DNA of 64,000 nucleotides from an uncultured archaeon (GCA_964486045.1 CAZALK010000017.1:32001-96000); one strand, 5' to 3'; counted from the first letter of the stretch, positions 50,035 to 60,913 are shown. Numbers and translations are program-made. The notes: generated by a model from the sequence alone, not told the origin.

Positions 50035-50775
50035 ATGAGTAAAAATAAACTAATCCATGTAATAATTGATCACAGAGAAAACAAGCTCAAATCAATCTTA
50101 GATAAAAAAAAGGATAAGATAACCTATGAATCAAAACAACTAGATATAGCTGATATAGTTATATCGAGTGAAGTTGCTATTGAAAGGAAAGAGGGTTTCG
50201 ACTTCGTAAGTTCAATTATGGATAACCGATTATTTGAACAATTATTACGTTTAAAAGACACTTATCAATATCCGATTTTAATCTTAGAAGGCTTAAACGA
50301 TAATGTTTTTGAAAACACTGGTATGAAGATCTCATCAATATACGGGGCTCTTTCCTTTATTTCATATAAGTTAGGAATTTCAGTTATCCCCACTAGAAAT
50401 TTGGAGGATACTGCAATTGTAATTGAGCGAATAGCATACAGAGAGCAAGTCAAAGATAATATGCCCTTATTAAGTAGAAAGGCACCTAAAGAATTGTCAA
50501 AAAAAGAGAGGAGAACTTTTATTATTGAGGGTTTAGTTGATATAGGACCGAAAAAGGCTAAAGTTTTAATTGATAAATATAAAACCCCGCATCTCGTGTT
50601 TAAATCAATAAAACATACTGAAATTATTTATACTAAGACTGGAAATCCTAAGGGAATTCAAGGCCCCCTAGGTGATCTCACTGGATTTGGATGGAAATTT
50701 GTAGAAAAAAATAAAAAAATTATCTTTGGAAAAAAAAAGAAAGGTCCGCAGAAAAAAATTATTGATGAATACTAA
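50035..50775 (+). CDS. xpf: Short XPF/ERCC4-type structure-specific endonuclease
   Basis: IIDHRE, ADIVIS.EVAIERK, SIMDNRLFEQ, HhH DIGPKKA, PIP-like C-terminus QKKIIDEY. Confidence 0.85.
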   Translation: MSKNKLIHVIIDHRENKLKSILDKKKDKITYESKQLDIADIVISSEVAIERKEGFDFVSSIMDNRLFEQLLRLKDTYQYPILILEGLNDNVFENTGMKISSIYGALSFISYKLGISVIPTRNLEDTAIVIERIAYREQVKDNMPLLSRKAPKELSKKERRTFIIEGLVDIGPKKAKVLIDKYKTPHLVFKSIKHTEIIYTKTGNPKGIQGPLGDLTGFGWKFVEKNKKIIFGKKKKGPQKKIIDEY

Positions 50776-50826
50776 AATATATTTTTATCCTAAATAATGT
50801 ATAATCATCTATTATTACATTAAAAA

Positions 50827-51687
50827 CTATGAATGAGAGTCTAACCACGATATAACGTCTTGAATCACTTTATCTCTGTTTAATTCATTAAAGAGTTCAT
50901 GTCGACTTTCAGGATAAGTTTTGAGAGTAATATCTTTTATTCCAACATTTTGGTAACGTTCAACTAGAGCTGTTGCTCCTTCCTTACCTCCAACAGAGTC
51001 ATCATTGCCTACAAAGACATATACTTTTAATTCTTTAGGAATTTTTTCGTCATTTTTTGTATCTAAAAGTTTTTCCCATGAATCTCCTAGAATCTGTAAT
51101 ATACTAGGAGGAAGGGGGAATCCACATTGTGCATCGTCAATATATTTCTGAACCTCATTCTCATCTCGTGTTAGCCAATCAAATGGAGTTTTTGGGTTTT
51201 TTACTGTAAAATTTAAGCCTAATCCCTCAGCCCCTACATCAGTTTCTGGAAATGGTGATCCTGTAGTTCCAGTTAAAAGAACACCTTGAAGTTTATCACC
51301 CCATTGTTGAATATAATCTTGGCTTAAAAATGATCCCCAGCTATGACCTAATAAGAACACTGGAGCTCCAGCTTGTTCCTTTTTAATGATATCCGTCAAG
51401 GTAACTAATGCATCAACTGTACCATTCCATCCTCTTGGACCAAGTTCGCCTAATTCTCCACATTTTTCCCCAGTTTTCCCATGTCCTCTATGATCATCAG
51501 CGTATACCACATACCCTGCCTTAGTAAGGGCTTCAGCAAGATGAGTATATCGCTTTGCGTGTTCTGCCAATCCATGAGCAATTTGAACTACAGCCTTTGG
51601 ATCCTCTTCCGGTAGCCATCTATAGACGAAAATATCAACCTCATCTTTATCTTTATACCAAAAAGTTTCGCTTTTCATATTCATCAC
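50827..51687 (-). CDS. Alpha/beta hydrolase (lysophospholipase/monoacylglycerol lipase family)
   Basis: HGLAEHAKRY, DHRGHG, GHSWGS, RHELFNE. Confidence 0.92.
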   Translation of the reverse strand: MMNMKSETFWYKDKDEVDIFVYRWLPEEDPKAVVQIAHGLAEHAKRYTHLAEALTKAGYVVYADDHRGHGKTGEKCGELGELGPRGWNGTVDALVTLTDIIKKEQAGAPVFLLGHSWGSFLSQDYIQQWGDKLQGVLLTGTTGSPFPETDVGAEGLGLNFTVKNPKTPFDWLTRDENEVQKYIDDAQCGFPLPPSILQILGDSWEKLLDTKNDEKIPKELKVYVFVGNDDSVGGKEGATALVERYQNVGIKDITLKTYPESRHELFNELNRDKVIQDVISWLDSHS

Positions 51688-51725
51688 AACTAATTTGACA
51701 TCTTCTCTAATAAATAAGAAAGAAC

Positions 51726-52388
51726 TTAATTTATCGTTTTATTGTTATTTTTATATCGTCCAGGATATTCTGCTGCCCAAGTTTGCATTATTTCTTGATG
51801 GGGGGCGTCATTATAAACACCGCGATCTTTAATATATTCAACAAACGGTTTTCCATCCATATTTGTAGCAGCAAAAAGTCCATCACGCTTTCCATCAAAA
51901 TTAACAGCCGGAAAATTTTTTCTAAGACAAAGATCTTTATCAAAAGCACAGTTAGCCTCGACCCAACGACCATCCAAAAATAATTCTACAAATCCATGGA
52001 AAATAAAAAGGCTACTCCCCATATCTTTTTTAAGCCGTTCTGAAGTCATATGGTTAACGATATCAACAAAATGAAGTCTAGATGGTATCCCAACAGCTCT
52101 AGCTAATGATGCTAAAAGTATTGCTTTAGGAATGCAGAACGCGAAACCTGTTTCAAGAGTTAAGCTTGACTTCCAATTTTCTTTATTATAGGATTCACGA
52201 GTATTTCTTACTGAATACCTTATCTGATCTCGCACAAAATAAAATAATTTTACAGCTTTACCAATATCATCATCTTCAGGTATGCCTTCAATTAATTCTT
52301 TTGCTTTCTTCTGAATTATCGGATGCTTAAAATCCAAGAAGAAAGTGGGTTTTAAGGTTTCCTCAAATTTACTGCTTTGACTTGTCAT
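51726..52388 (-). CDS. Transglutaminase-like cysteine protein
   Basis: FYFVRDQIRY, FCIPKAILLASLARAVGIPSR, FHGFVE...GRW. Confidence 0.88.
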   Translation of the reverse strand: MTSQSSKFEETLKPTFFLDFKHPIIQKKAKELIEGIPEDDDIGKAVKLFYFVRDQIRYSVRNTRESYNKENWKSSLTLETGFAFCIPKAILLASLARAVGIPSRLHFVDIVNHMTSERLKKDMGSSLFIFHGFVELFLDGRWVEANCAFDKDLCLRKNFPAVNFDGKRDGLFAATNMDGKPFVEYIKDRGVYNDAPHQEIMQTWAAEYPGRYKNNNKTIN

Positions 52389-52534
52389 AATGTTGTTAAA
52401 GTTTGTTTTTTGTGTTGAGCTAAATAAATAACATTATTAATTTTATCATAAATTTATAAAAAATTTAAAAGTAACCTAGTTTTAAACCTTCCTAAATATT
52501 GTTACAAATCTCGTTTGGATATCCATGGGAATAT

Positions 52535-52882
52535 TTATTCTTCCTGTTTATAAGATTCAAAATCATAAGACCATTTTATGGAAGAATCACCCTCCTCTTT
52601 CTTAGATGCTTCAAGACCTTGATAAAATTCTCCATTATGATCTCGTAAATGAAATTTATGTCCACAATCTACACAGGTCGTGACTGTTTTTCTTAGCCAA
52701 TACTGAGGGCTAGAGAAATCAAGCACCACCTTAACGATTTTATTTTCCTTTGTTTCTAAATAAGATTCGAAAGGTATCCGAAATCTTACAGAGTCACTAC
52801 CACATTTAGGGCAATGACCGATTGAGGCTATGTATTTTACTTGTCTCATATCGATGCCGACTTTTTCTTTATTTTTTGTCAT
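52535..52882 (-). CDS. Small zinc-ribbon protein (start taken at MTKNK)
   Basis: CPKCGS and CVDCGH pairs; this start avoids overlap with the upstream gene. Confidence 0.65.
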   Translation of the reverse strand: MTKNKEKVGIDMRQVKYIASIGHCPKCGSDSVRFRIPFESYLETKENKIVKVVLDFSSPQYWLRKTVTTCVDCGHKFHLRDHNGEFYQGLEASKKEEGDSSIKWSYDFESYKQEE

Positions 52883-52913
52883 TTTAATCACTCTAGGATT
52901 TTCATCTTGAATT

Positions 52914-54158
52914 TTATAGATCTGTTGAATATTTTCTAAGAGAATTTTGAATGATAAGTAATTGTATATTTCTCGCTCCCCCAATTACTTCTTCGATTTT
53001 ACTCGTATCCATAAATTCATCGATAGGAGTATTATCAGTCACGGAAATTCCCCCCATTTGTTGTTGAACCTCATAACAAATCTCATTTGTTAATTTTGAA
53101 AGGAAATATTTACCTTGGGAAGATACTCCTGCAGTCCATTTTTCAGCTTCCTTATTGGGTTTCTCAGCAAACAAGATTTTATCATCATAAATAGTTGCTG
53201 CTTGCAAAGCTAAAGAAGTAGCTGCTGATGTTTTCGATAATAAATCTGCCAAGCTAAACCCAACTCCTTGATATTTTATAATTGGCTGCCCAAATTGCTT
53301 ACGTAAATTGCAATATATAATTCCATATGCAAGAGCCCCCCAACAAATCCCCAATCCACTCCCCATAATTCCTAAGCGTTCAGGAACAAGTCCCTCAAAG
53401 AGATTGTTATATCCTTTACCATCATCTCCTAAGATATATTCAAAGGGCACTTTTACGTTGTTTAAAAATGTATGACTGATTTCGACACGGGGAACTGCAT
53501 TAATTTTTAATCTTTTAGTTTTTACACCCATATCTCTTTTTATCATTGCTTGGACCATTGTCCCCCTCGGATTTGATACTGAATACACACCATAACACAC
53601 AAAATAATCAGCTACAGCTCCGTTAGTTGTATAAACTTTCTCTCCGTTAAATATAATTCCATCATCTACTTTGGTGCATGTTGTCTCCAGATTTACCGCA
53701 TCAGATCCTCTTTCAGGTTCTGTTATCCCAATGCACCCTACTGCCTGTCCACTCATTAATTCATCTTGAACTTTAAGTATCTCTTCAGTTTCACCATGTC
53801 GAAAAGTTGGATTTCCACACAAAATACCACTAGCTACTCTCGCTAAGTCTAATTGAGGGTCGCAACAACTCATTATAGAAGCAAGAAGTACTTCTTTTTT
53901 CATTCCATAAGGGATAAAATCTTTCCATTTATTAATTCTCTGCATATATCCATTTTTTCCTAACTCTGGAAAGAGAACATAAACATCTTTTGATTTATCT
54001 ATTTTGGGGTGCAGATCAATACAAAAATCTTCAAGCTTTTCACAATACTCACGCTCTTCATCACTCAACATTGGAAAAACATTGGCATTAAATATCTTAT
54101 ACACATTTTCTAAACTCATTTTTTCCAAAATATCATCGTTAATAATTTTTTCTTGCAT
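52914..54158 (-). CDS. Acyl-CoA dehydrogenase
   Basis: GITEPERGSDA, NGEKVYTTNG, RKQFGQPIIKYQ, QQMGG, IGGARNIQ. Confidence 0.93.
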   Translation of the reverse strand: MQEKIINDDILEKMSLENVYKIFNANVFPMLSDEEREYCEKLEDFCIDLHPKIDKSKDVYVLFPELGKNGYMQRINKWKDFIPYGMKKEVLLASIMSCCDPQLDLARVASGILCGNPTFRHGETEEILKVQDELMSGQAVGCIGITEPERGSDAVNLETTCTKVDDGIIFNGEKVYTTNGAVADYFVCYGVYSVSNPRGTMVQAMIKRDMGVKTKRLKINAVPRVEISHTFLNNVKVPFEYILGDDGKGYNNLFEGLVPERLGIMGSGLGICWGALAYGIIYCNLRKQFGQPIIKYQGVGFSLADLLSKTSAATSLALQAATIYDDKILFAEKPNKEAEKWTAGVSSQGKYFLSKLTNEICYEVQQQMGGISVTDNTPIDEFMDTSKIEEVIGGARNIQLLIIQNSLRKYSTDL

Positions 54159-54293
54159 GCTGAATCTCGTTAAGAGGTTTTAATTTAATTGAATGCTCAA
54201 TTGTAATTAAATTTTAAAGATTGATTCAATAAATTCTATTTTTTCGATAAAAATCTTATAAATTCATATATAAAAATTAAGAATTTAATAAAA

Positions 54294-55058
54294 TTAGTTA
54301 TTAGTGATTATTGACTCGATAATTTTACCATCTCGCATTTTCAACAATCTTTCAGCGAGGGCTCCAACCATGGGGTCATGTGTGACCATTAAGATTGTTT
54401 GATTAAGCTCTTTATTAAGGTCTCGTAATAATTTAATTATTTCCATACCTCGAGCCGTATCCAACTCTCCTGTAGGTTCGTCGGCAATTAAAATGGATGG
54501 TTCATTGGATAATGAACGGGCAATAGCAACTCTCTGTTGCTCACCACCTGAAAGTTCTGAAGGTAGATGGTTTTTTTTTTCATTTAAACCAACAAGATCA
54601 AGAAGTCTATTAACAGTGTCTGCTCTTTCCTTATCTGATTTTCCTGCAAATAGCATTGGTAATTCTACATTTTCATAAGCAGAGAGAACTGGTACTAAAT
54701 TATAAAATTGAAAAATAAATCCTATCTCCTTAAGCCTTAAATTAGTTCGTTGTTCATCATTCATATGAGCAACGTTGGTTCTATTGATATACACAGCACC
54801 ACTCGTAGGATTATCTAATGCTCCTATCATATTTAAAAGTGTTGTTTTTCCGGACCCTGATGGACCCATTACGGAAACAAATTCTCCTTTCTTAACATCC
54901 AAACTTACTCCATTTAAGGCTTTAACTTCAATTCCTTCAGTTATGTTATATACTTTTTTTAAATCAAATACTTGAATCATTGCATCTTGATCCAGATTAT
55001 AATCCTTCATTTCCTGCGAAATTAGCTCTTGTTTCTTGCTTTTTTTACTTTTTCTCAT
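54294..55058 (-). CDS. ABC transporter ATP-binding protein (LolD/MacB type)
   Basis: GPSGSGKT, LSGGEQQR, ADEPTG, VTHD. Confidence 0.95.
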   Translation of the reverse strand: MRKSKKSKKQELISQEMKDYNLDQDAMIQVFDLKKVYNITEGIEVKALNGVSLDVKKGEFVSVMGPSGSGKTTLLNMIGALDNPTSGAVYINRTNVAHMNDEQRTNLRLKEIGFIFQFYNLVPVLSAYENVELPMLFAGKSDKERADTVNRLLDLVGLNEKKNHLPSELSGGEQQRVAIARSLSNEPSILIADEPTGELDTARGMEIIKLLRDLNKELNQTILMVTHDPMVGALAERLLKMRDGKIIESIITNN

Positions 55059-55074
55059 TTTTCCACCATCTCTG

Positions 55075-55890
55075 TTAGAATTTGTTTATTTCTTCAAGTG
55101 TTTTTCCACCAACGACTTCACCTGTAAACACTCCATCTGTTAAAGTGATGATTCTATCAGCGATCTCTGCGATTCTCTTATTATGGGTAACCATTAAGAT
55201 TGACTCTCCAGCGTTCTTAAGATCAAGAAATATCTTGAGAATATTAGTCGTTGTTTCAGTATCTAATTCACCGGTAGGTTCATCTGCTAGAATGATAAGG
55301 GGTTCATTGACAAGAGCTCTCGCTATAGTAACTCTTTGTTGCTCTCCACCCGACATCTGAGTTGGTAGGTGTGCCATTCTTTCTTCGAGTCCAATTCTCT
55401 TTAAAAGCCCTTTAACTCTTATTTCCCTTACTTTGGCATCCTTTTTGTCAATCACCATGGGGAGTTCGACATTTTCATAGGCTGTTAGGATTGGAAATAA
55501 GTTATAGAACTGAAAGATTAGCCCAATCTTTCTTAATCGCATTTTTTTGTGCTGCTTGTTGGTCATTTGTGTTACATCAAGTCCCATTCCCTTATTATCT
55601 ACATTATATATTATCTTCCCTGAATCAGGAAAGTCAAGAGCACCTAAACAATTTATTAATGTTGTCTTTCCTGAACCTGATGGGCCTACTATCGCAATTA
55701 ATTCACCCTTTTTAATTGTTAGGCTTACTTTATTAAGTGCTGTGACAGTAGAATTACCCACAGTATATGTTTTTACAAGGTCATGCACATCAAGAACAAT
55801 ATTGGGATCTAGTCTAACTGCTCTTGCAGTAGACCTCTGTTCTTTGTTCATTCTCACTTTTTTCTTTTTTACTGAAATCTTTACCACCAA
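55075..55890 (-). CDS. ABC transporter ATP-binding protein (LolD/MacB type), second copy
   Basis: GPSGSGKT, MSGGEQQR, ADEPTG, VTHN. Confidence 0.95.
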   Translation of the reverse strand: MVVKISVKKKKVRMNKEQRSTARAVRLDPNIVLDVHDLVKTYTVGNSTVTALNKVSLTIKKGELIAIVGPSGSGKTTLINCLGALDFPDSGKIIYNVDNKGMGLDVTQMTNKQHKKMRLRKIGLIFQFYNLFPILTAYENVELPMVIDKKDAKVREIRVKGLLKRIGLEERMAHLPTQMSGGEQQRVTIARALVNEPLIILADEPTGELDTETTTNILKIFLDLKNAGESILMVTHNKRIAEIADRIITLTDGVFTGEVVGGKTLEEINKF

Positions 55891-55909
55891 ATTTTGAAGT
55901 TATTATCAT

Positions 55910-58900
55910 TCATCTGGTTCTGACTGCGTCTATAATATTTAGATTTGCAGCCCATTTAGCAGGATATCGCGAACTTAGAATTACAGTTATCAAAACTATT
56001 GAAACTAGGAGGATAATTGTTAACCATGGAATCGTCCAAGTGACTGTAAGAAACCCTCCCGCTGGCATTGAACTAACCATTAAAGAACCCATAATTAAAC
56101 CAGAAAAAATACCTGTGAATACACCTAAAAGTGCCAGGATTAATGTTTCCCCTGAAATTGTACGAACTATACCAGATTTATTTAACCCTATTGATCTAAG
56201 CATCCCAATTTCTCTCCTACGAGCCATCGTTGAAAGAAGACTATGGAGTGTTAAACCGATCATTGCAATTATAATAGCAAAAATCAACAATCCATTTGTT
56301 ATAAAAGTAATTAAATTAATTATTGTTCTGAATGTGGAACTCATAAATGATATCGTAAATGCAAAGATTATGAGATAGCTCCTATCTTCAATATAAGCAA
56401 CTATCCCTTCTAACACATCTTCATCTTTATACCCGCTTTCCACCCATGAAAACCAATCGTACACATTGGTCCTTATTTCAAGAATAAAGCTTTTTAAGTC
56501 AATTATTGACCAATATCCACCAGCCCCAAATAAGAGATCCTGTAGGAGATCATTTTTATAGATTGAAAGATTTTCTGGAGTATCGACATGAACTAATACT
56601 GAGCTCACTTTATCATTAAAATAATCTGATCCTCTATAATCTATATATACATCATCCCTTGCTTTATCATAACTGATGTAAACAGAGTCTCCACTAATAT
56701 CAGCGCCTGTTTCAAATCCTGCATACCAGTTATATCTTTCTGTATTATTTAAGGTAGGTGCTTCAATTATTCCAATAATTTCAAATTGTGGCCAAGTTGC
56801 CGGGATCATTATATTATGAGTTGATTGCGCTACGCCAAATTTTAAGCTATCTATAGTTAAATTATAATTACTATTATATGTAGAATTATGACCTCTTATC
56901 CTTAATATCAAATTTCCAGTTACCATATCAATGTACGTATGATCTGAATTGAATAAAAAAGTGTTATTAAGCTCAACTGTGTTATTAATTGAACCCAATT
57001 CTTCAAATTCGTTAGTGTAGATGTTAAACGCTTCCAATGCAAGTTGATCAACAGAGGAATTTAATGAAGTTTCAATCGTAACATTGATCGCTTTGTATAA
57101 ATTTGGAGTTAGAAAACTTGTAGTAATATTAAATTCAAGCCACTCTTGATTACTTACAAAAGAAAGATTTACATTATCAGAAAGACTTAGATTTACTGTA
57201 TTACCTGAAATTGAGGTATAATTATTTATATATGGAGTAACCAAGGCAGGGTATGGAAAAATACCAACAGTAACCGTAGTTAAGATGAATTCTTGGGGGA
57301 AAATAGTAATATTAGTGCCAATTCCCGAACCAGGATGATTTTTAATATATAATTCATCGACAACACAGACAAATTCCGTTGTATTTAGAAGCTCTTCCAT
57401 TGTAGTACCTAAAGATCCGTTTTTTTGATCAATTAAAATGTTATTTCCAAAAAGAGAGTCTGATTTTAATTTGCCACTTGAGTTTGTATGAATGCCTATC
57501 ACAGAGGTCACATTAGTTGATAACACATCATCTGTTAGTGTAAAATAATCCATTCGGGTTGTATAGTAGTCAATTCCACCAATTCCGTTTAATATTGCTT
57601 CCACATTAGAGAAATTAAACCAATTTGGTTGAACCATATCTACCAATGGATTTCCGGTATTAGAAAGCTGCCTAAAAACCAAATCAGTTCCTCCACCAGG
57701 AAGGTTCTTAATCGCAATTTCTTCATATGTTTCCCATGAGATAAATATATTATAACTCACTCCTGAACTTGACCCACCTAGGAGATTTAATGAAGAAAAA
57801 CCTTGCATATCACTGACTATTGCTATAACACTCATGTTAATTACATAAATATCTTCGTATGCATTATAATTATCACCTTCTAGCAATGCACTCAGATTAG
57901 CATAAGTTGTTCCTAAAGAAAACTTTACAGGTAAATTTTCACCTACTATTATATCATTATCATCAGCAAATTCTTTCTCTATAACAATATTATTCCCCGC
58001 TTTTAATTGATCCATTACATCTGCAAGTGACATTGCTGTAGGGGAGATTATTGTTGTACTGGTCATATGTTCCTTTATTTTTTCTGTATCGACAATGTTT
58101 ACAGCAATAGATTCATTCCAATCATCATCAAGTAAACTGTGACCAATCCAATCACCATTTATATTAATTTGTGCATTTTGATGACTGACACCCATCACAT
58201 CAGCTACTCCAGTTTGATTAAGGAGGCCAGTTTCGAATGATCGGGGTGTGTTAATCGTATACACTCTAATATTTGCTCCCATGAAATTATTCACGGTGGT
58301 ATCAATACCAGCTCGCATTGAATCCATCATAACACTCATCCCTATTAGAAAGCTTGTGGTTAGTGCAATCATAACATATGTTAGAGTTGTCCGTTTTCTA
58401 TGCCTTAACATGTTCCTTTCGGTTAATAATTTAGTTCTCTTGAGATATGGTGAAAATAACCATATAAATGCTTTATTAAGCGGTTTGATGCTGAGCGACA
58501 TTAACCAAATGATTCCAAACAATATAAATATTGGAGCCAACATCCCTATAGCCATTCCCGAAGGCATTCCTGCATCCGGAGAAAAACTTCCAGTGCTTTC
58601 AGGTGCAGTCCACATGAGCCAAAAACCCATGAAAATTATCAATCCACCTAAAATAAATAGTATTATCCTCCTCCAATAGTGTTTTCGCTCCCGTTTCGAC
58701 TTTTCTTCAATTGGATTTAAACACTCAATAATTGGTTTTCTACTTGCTTTCCAACTTGGATAAAGTGCTGCCACAATACAAGAAATTATCCCTACAATAA
58801 AAGTTAGAATTATGGTTGAGGGATAAGCAATTATATCAAATCCCGAAAGCGAAAAACCTCCCATTTGCGTTGTAAGGCTTTGAATAGTCTGATAAGTTAC

Positions 58901-60091
58901 AGAAAATATTACAAAAGAAATTACATAAGAAAATATTGTTCCTATTGTAGCCCCGATTACCCCCATAACCGTACCCTGAGTTAAAAATAATTTAAATGTT
59001 TCAGATTTAGAGGCTCCAATTGCTTGGAACATACCTGTCTCATATTCTTGTTCCTTTTTTATTATGTTGAAAATATTCATCATTAAAACTATTGATAATA
59101 TCAATGATATTAAGCCAAACATTAAGAAAACAGTCTCGAATATACCCATTGTAGTATTGACCATCCCTAAACTATCTGTTTTTAAATCGTTTACCCTCCA
59201 ATCTCTTTCGTCATCAATACTTGCTAAACTGGTTTCAAGATTTTTAGTTACCGAAGATACACTATAAATATTGGGAGTGCCAACAACACAAAGGTTAAAC
59301 TCATTAGTATGATTTTCCGTACCATCAACAAGTTCATGAGTATTATTAATATTAGCGAAAATACCAACACCTTGTCCCCCACCACCCCCTCCTCCGAAAA
59401 ACGACGCCTCTGAAGGATTCTCAGGATCAAAATCACGTGCTTCACCACTATCCCTTATTATTGCTACAACAGTATATTCTAACCATGTTCCCGTATCTAA
59501 AGTGTTGTAACCGAGTAGTTCCCCTTCATTTGGTAGTATCCATAAACTATCTCCCACTTCAAAATCTTTTCCAAGCTGAATTTTTAATGATTCAGAGATG
59601 ACTACAACTTTATTTCCATTATTTACATCAATATATTCAAGGAGTTTTTCTACCGATTTTTCAGGGCTAATTGAATCTATTATATATGGTTGTGCCCCCA
59701 AATTTTGCTCATTAACATCTTGTGGATCAAGACCATTCACCCCTGTTCTTGTGCTATTATCTACCTGATTTCCACTATTGGTAGGGCTTGCATAGACATT
59801 AAAACCTGTAATTCTATAAGAGACGTAATCAACATTGCTTACACCATTAATCTCAGCATCAATCTCAGAGGAGTTAAACCATCCTCCTGTGCTATTAACT
59901 GGTTTAATTAATATATCTGCTGTGCCCATTTGTTCATCAATACTTCCTAACATCATTACATTGAAAGAATCAGAAACAATCATAACCCCCCCAAACAATG
60001 CTACACTTATAATCAGCGTAATGATTGTAAGGATATACCTGACTTTCCTTCGTTTCATATTCCGGAGCGCAAGCTTTATTATTAAACCCAT
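55910..60091 (-). CDS. Large FtsX/MacB-family ABC permease (two FtsX halves, expanded extracellular domains)
   Basis: LALRNMKRRK, ETGMFQAIGA, RNMLRHRKRT, RRREIGMLRSIG, NIIDAVR. Confidence 0.9.
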   Translation of the reverse strand: MGLIIKLALRNMKRRKVRYILTIITLIISVALFGGVMIVSDSFNVMMLGSIDEQMGTADILIKPVNSTGGWFNSSEIDAEINGVSNVDYVSYRITGFNVYASPTNSGNQVDNSTRTGVNGLDPQDVNEQNLGAQPYIIDSISPEKSVEKLLEYIDVNNGNKVVVISESLKIQLGKDFEVGDSLWILPNEGELLGYNTLDTGTWLEYTVVAIIRDSGEARDFDPENPSEASFFGGGGGGGQGVGIFANINNTHELVDGTENHTNEFNLCVVGTPNIYSVSSVTKNLETSLASIDDERDWRVNDLKTDSLGMVNTTMGIFETVFLMFGLISLILSIVLMMNIFNIIKKEQEYETGMFQAIGASKSETFKLFLTQGTVMGVIGATIGTIFSYVISFVIFSVTYQTIQSLTTQMGGFSLSGFDIIAYPSTIILTFIVGIISCIVAALYPSWKASRKPIIECLNPIEEKSKRERKHYWRRIILFILGGLIIFMGFWLMWTAPESTGSFSPDAGMPSGMAIGMLAPIFILFGIIWLMSLSIKPLNKAFIWLFSPYLKRTKLLTERNMLRHRKRTTLTYVMIALTTSFLIGMSVMMDSMRAGIDTTVNNFMGANIRVYTINTPRSFETGLLNQTGVADVMGVSHQNAQININGDWIGHSLLDDDWNESIAVNIVDTEKIKEHMTSTTIISPTAMSLADVMDQLKAGNNIVIEKEFADDNDIIVGENLPVKFSLGTTYANLSALLEGDNYNAYEDIYVINMSVIAIVSDMQGFSSLNLLGGSSSGVSYNIFISWETYEEIAIKNLPGGGTDLVFRQLSNTGNPLVDMVQPNWFNFSNVEAILNGIGGIDYYTTRMDYFTLTDDVLSTNVTSVIGIHTNSSGKLKSDSLFGNNILIDQKNGSLGTTMEELLNTTEFVCVVDELYIKNHPGSGIGTNITIFPQEFILTTVTVGIFPYPALVTPYINNYTSISGNTVNLSLSDNVNLSFVSNQEWLEFNITTSFLTPNLYKAINVTIETSLNSSVDQLALEAFNIYTNEFEELGSINNTVELNNTFLFNSDHTYIDMVTGNLILRIRGHNSTYNSNYNLTIDSLKFGVAQSTHNIMIPATWPQFEIIGIIEAPTLNNTERYNWYAGFETGADISGDSVYISYDKARDDVYIDYRGSDYFNDKVSSVLVHVDTPENLSIYKNDLLQDLLFGAGGYWSIIDLKSFILEIRTNVYDWFSWVESGYKDEDVLEGIVAYIEDRSYLIIFAFTISFMSSTFRTIINLITFITNGLLIFAIIIAMIGLTLHSLLSTMARRREIGMLRSIGLNKSGIVRTISGETLILALLGVFTGIFSGLIMGSLMVSSMPAGGFLTVTWTIPWLTIILLVSIVLITVILSSRYPAKWAANLNIIDAVRTR

Positions 60092-60238
60092 GTCTTCAAT
60101 ACTCCCTTTTTTTGTGTAAAATGTTTTTTTATAGAAATGTTATCAAGTCTTTTTTATTTAAACCTAAGTTAAAACAAAATTCGATTTTTTAAACACTGCT
60201 AGATTAAAAAATAACATCATTGATGCTTAATAAAATTA

Positions 60239-60253
60239 TCGAACACTGTTCGA
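60239..60253 (+). promoter_or_regulatory. Putative TetR operator (perfect 7-1-7 palindrome)
   Basis: TCGAACA-C-TGTTCGA between the divergent permease and tetR genes. Confidence 0.7.
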
Positions 60254-60325
60254 CAGATTTAAATAGTTTTAGATCTATATTTTAAATAGGATTTATAATT
60301 CAAATAATAATTTATTATATGTAAA

Positions 60326-60913
60326 ATGCCCGTTATTGAAACCAAGGACAAGATTCTTAAAGTCGCAAAAAAATTGATAGTTAAAAATGGGTATAGTGCT
60401 ATAAGCTCAAGAAGAATTGCGAAAGAATCAAAAATAAGCGTTTCAACGTTATTTTACCATTTTCCTAAAGGTAAATTATCAATCTTATATGAAATAATAC
60501 TTTCTTTTGGTAATAAATTCATAGAAAACTTTGATATTACTAAAGTCGGTGAGTTGAATAATCCAGAAGTCGGTAAGGCTTATCTATTTAATTATTTGAA
60601 AATGCACCGCCAATTTGCACCATTAATCAATGGATTTGAAATAGAGTTACTTACAAACAAAAATGCTTTAAAAGATCTTGAAAAGTTAATGCAAACCGGA
60701 AAAAATCGTCTAGATACTTTCTTAAAAAACATTTTTTTAAGGTTTTACCCAAACATCAAAGAACCAGAGAAAACTTTCCTAATCATTGGGAGAATTTGTA
60801 CAAGCCTTATTCATACTCACGTCATTTTAGATAATTTTTATGGAACTGATAAGGAATTTGTAGACATATTGTATAGAATGATTAGTGGTTTATCGACAAA
60901 TAATTCGGATTAA
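60326..60913 (+). CDS. TetR/AcrR family transcriptional regulator
   Basis: TKDKILKVAKKL..KNGY...SSRRIAKE..ISVSTLFYHF. Confidence 0.92.
   Translation: MPVIETKDKILKVAKKLIVKNGYSAISSRRIAKESKISVSTLFYHFPKGKLSILYEIILSFGNKFIENFDITKVGELNNPEVGKAYLFNYLKMHRQFAPLINGFEIELLTNKNALKDLEKLMQTGKNRLDTFLKNIFLRFYPNIKEPEKTFLIIGRICTSLIHTHVILDNFYGTDKEFVDILYRMISGLSTNNSD

Noticed and set aside
52883-52984. N-terminal extension of the zinc-ribbon ORF overlapping the acyl-CoA dehydrogenase
   Set aside because: ATG at 52882 gives a non-overlapping gene.
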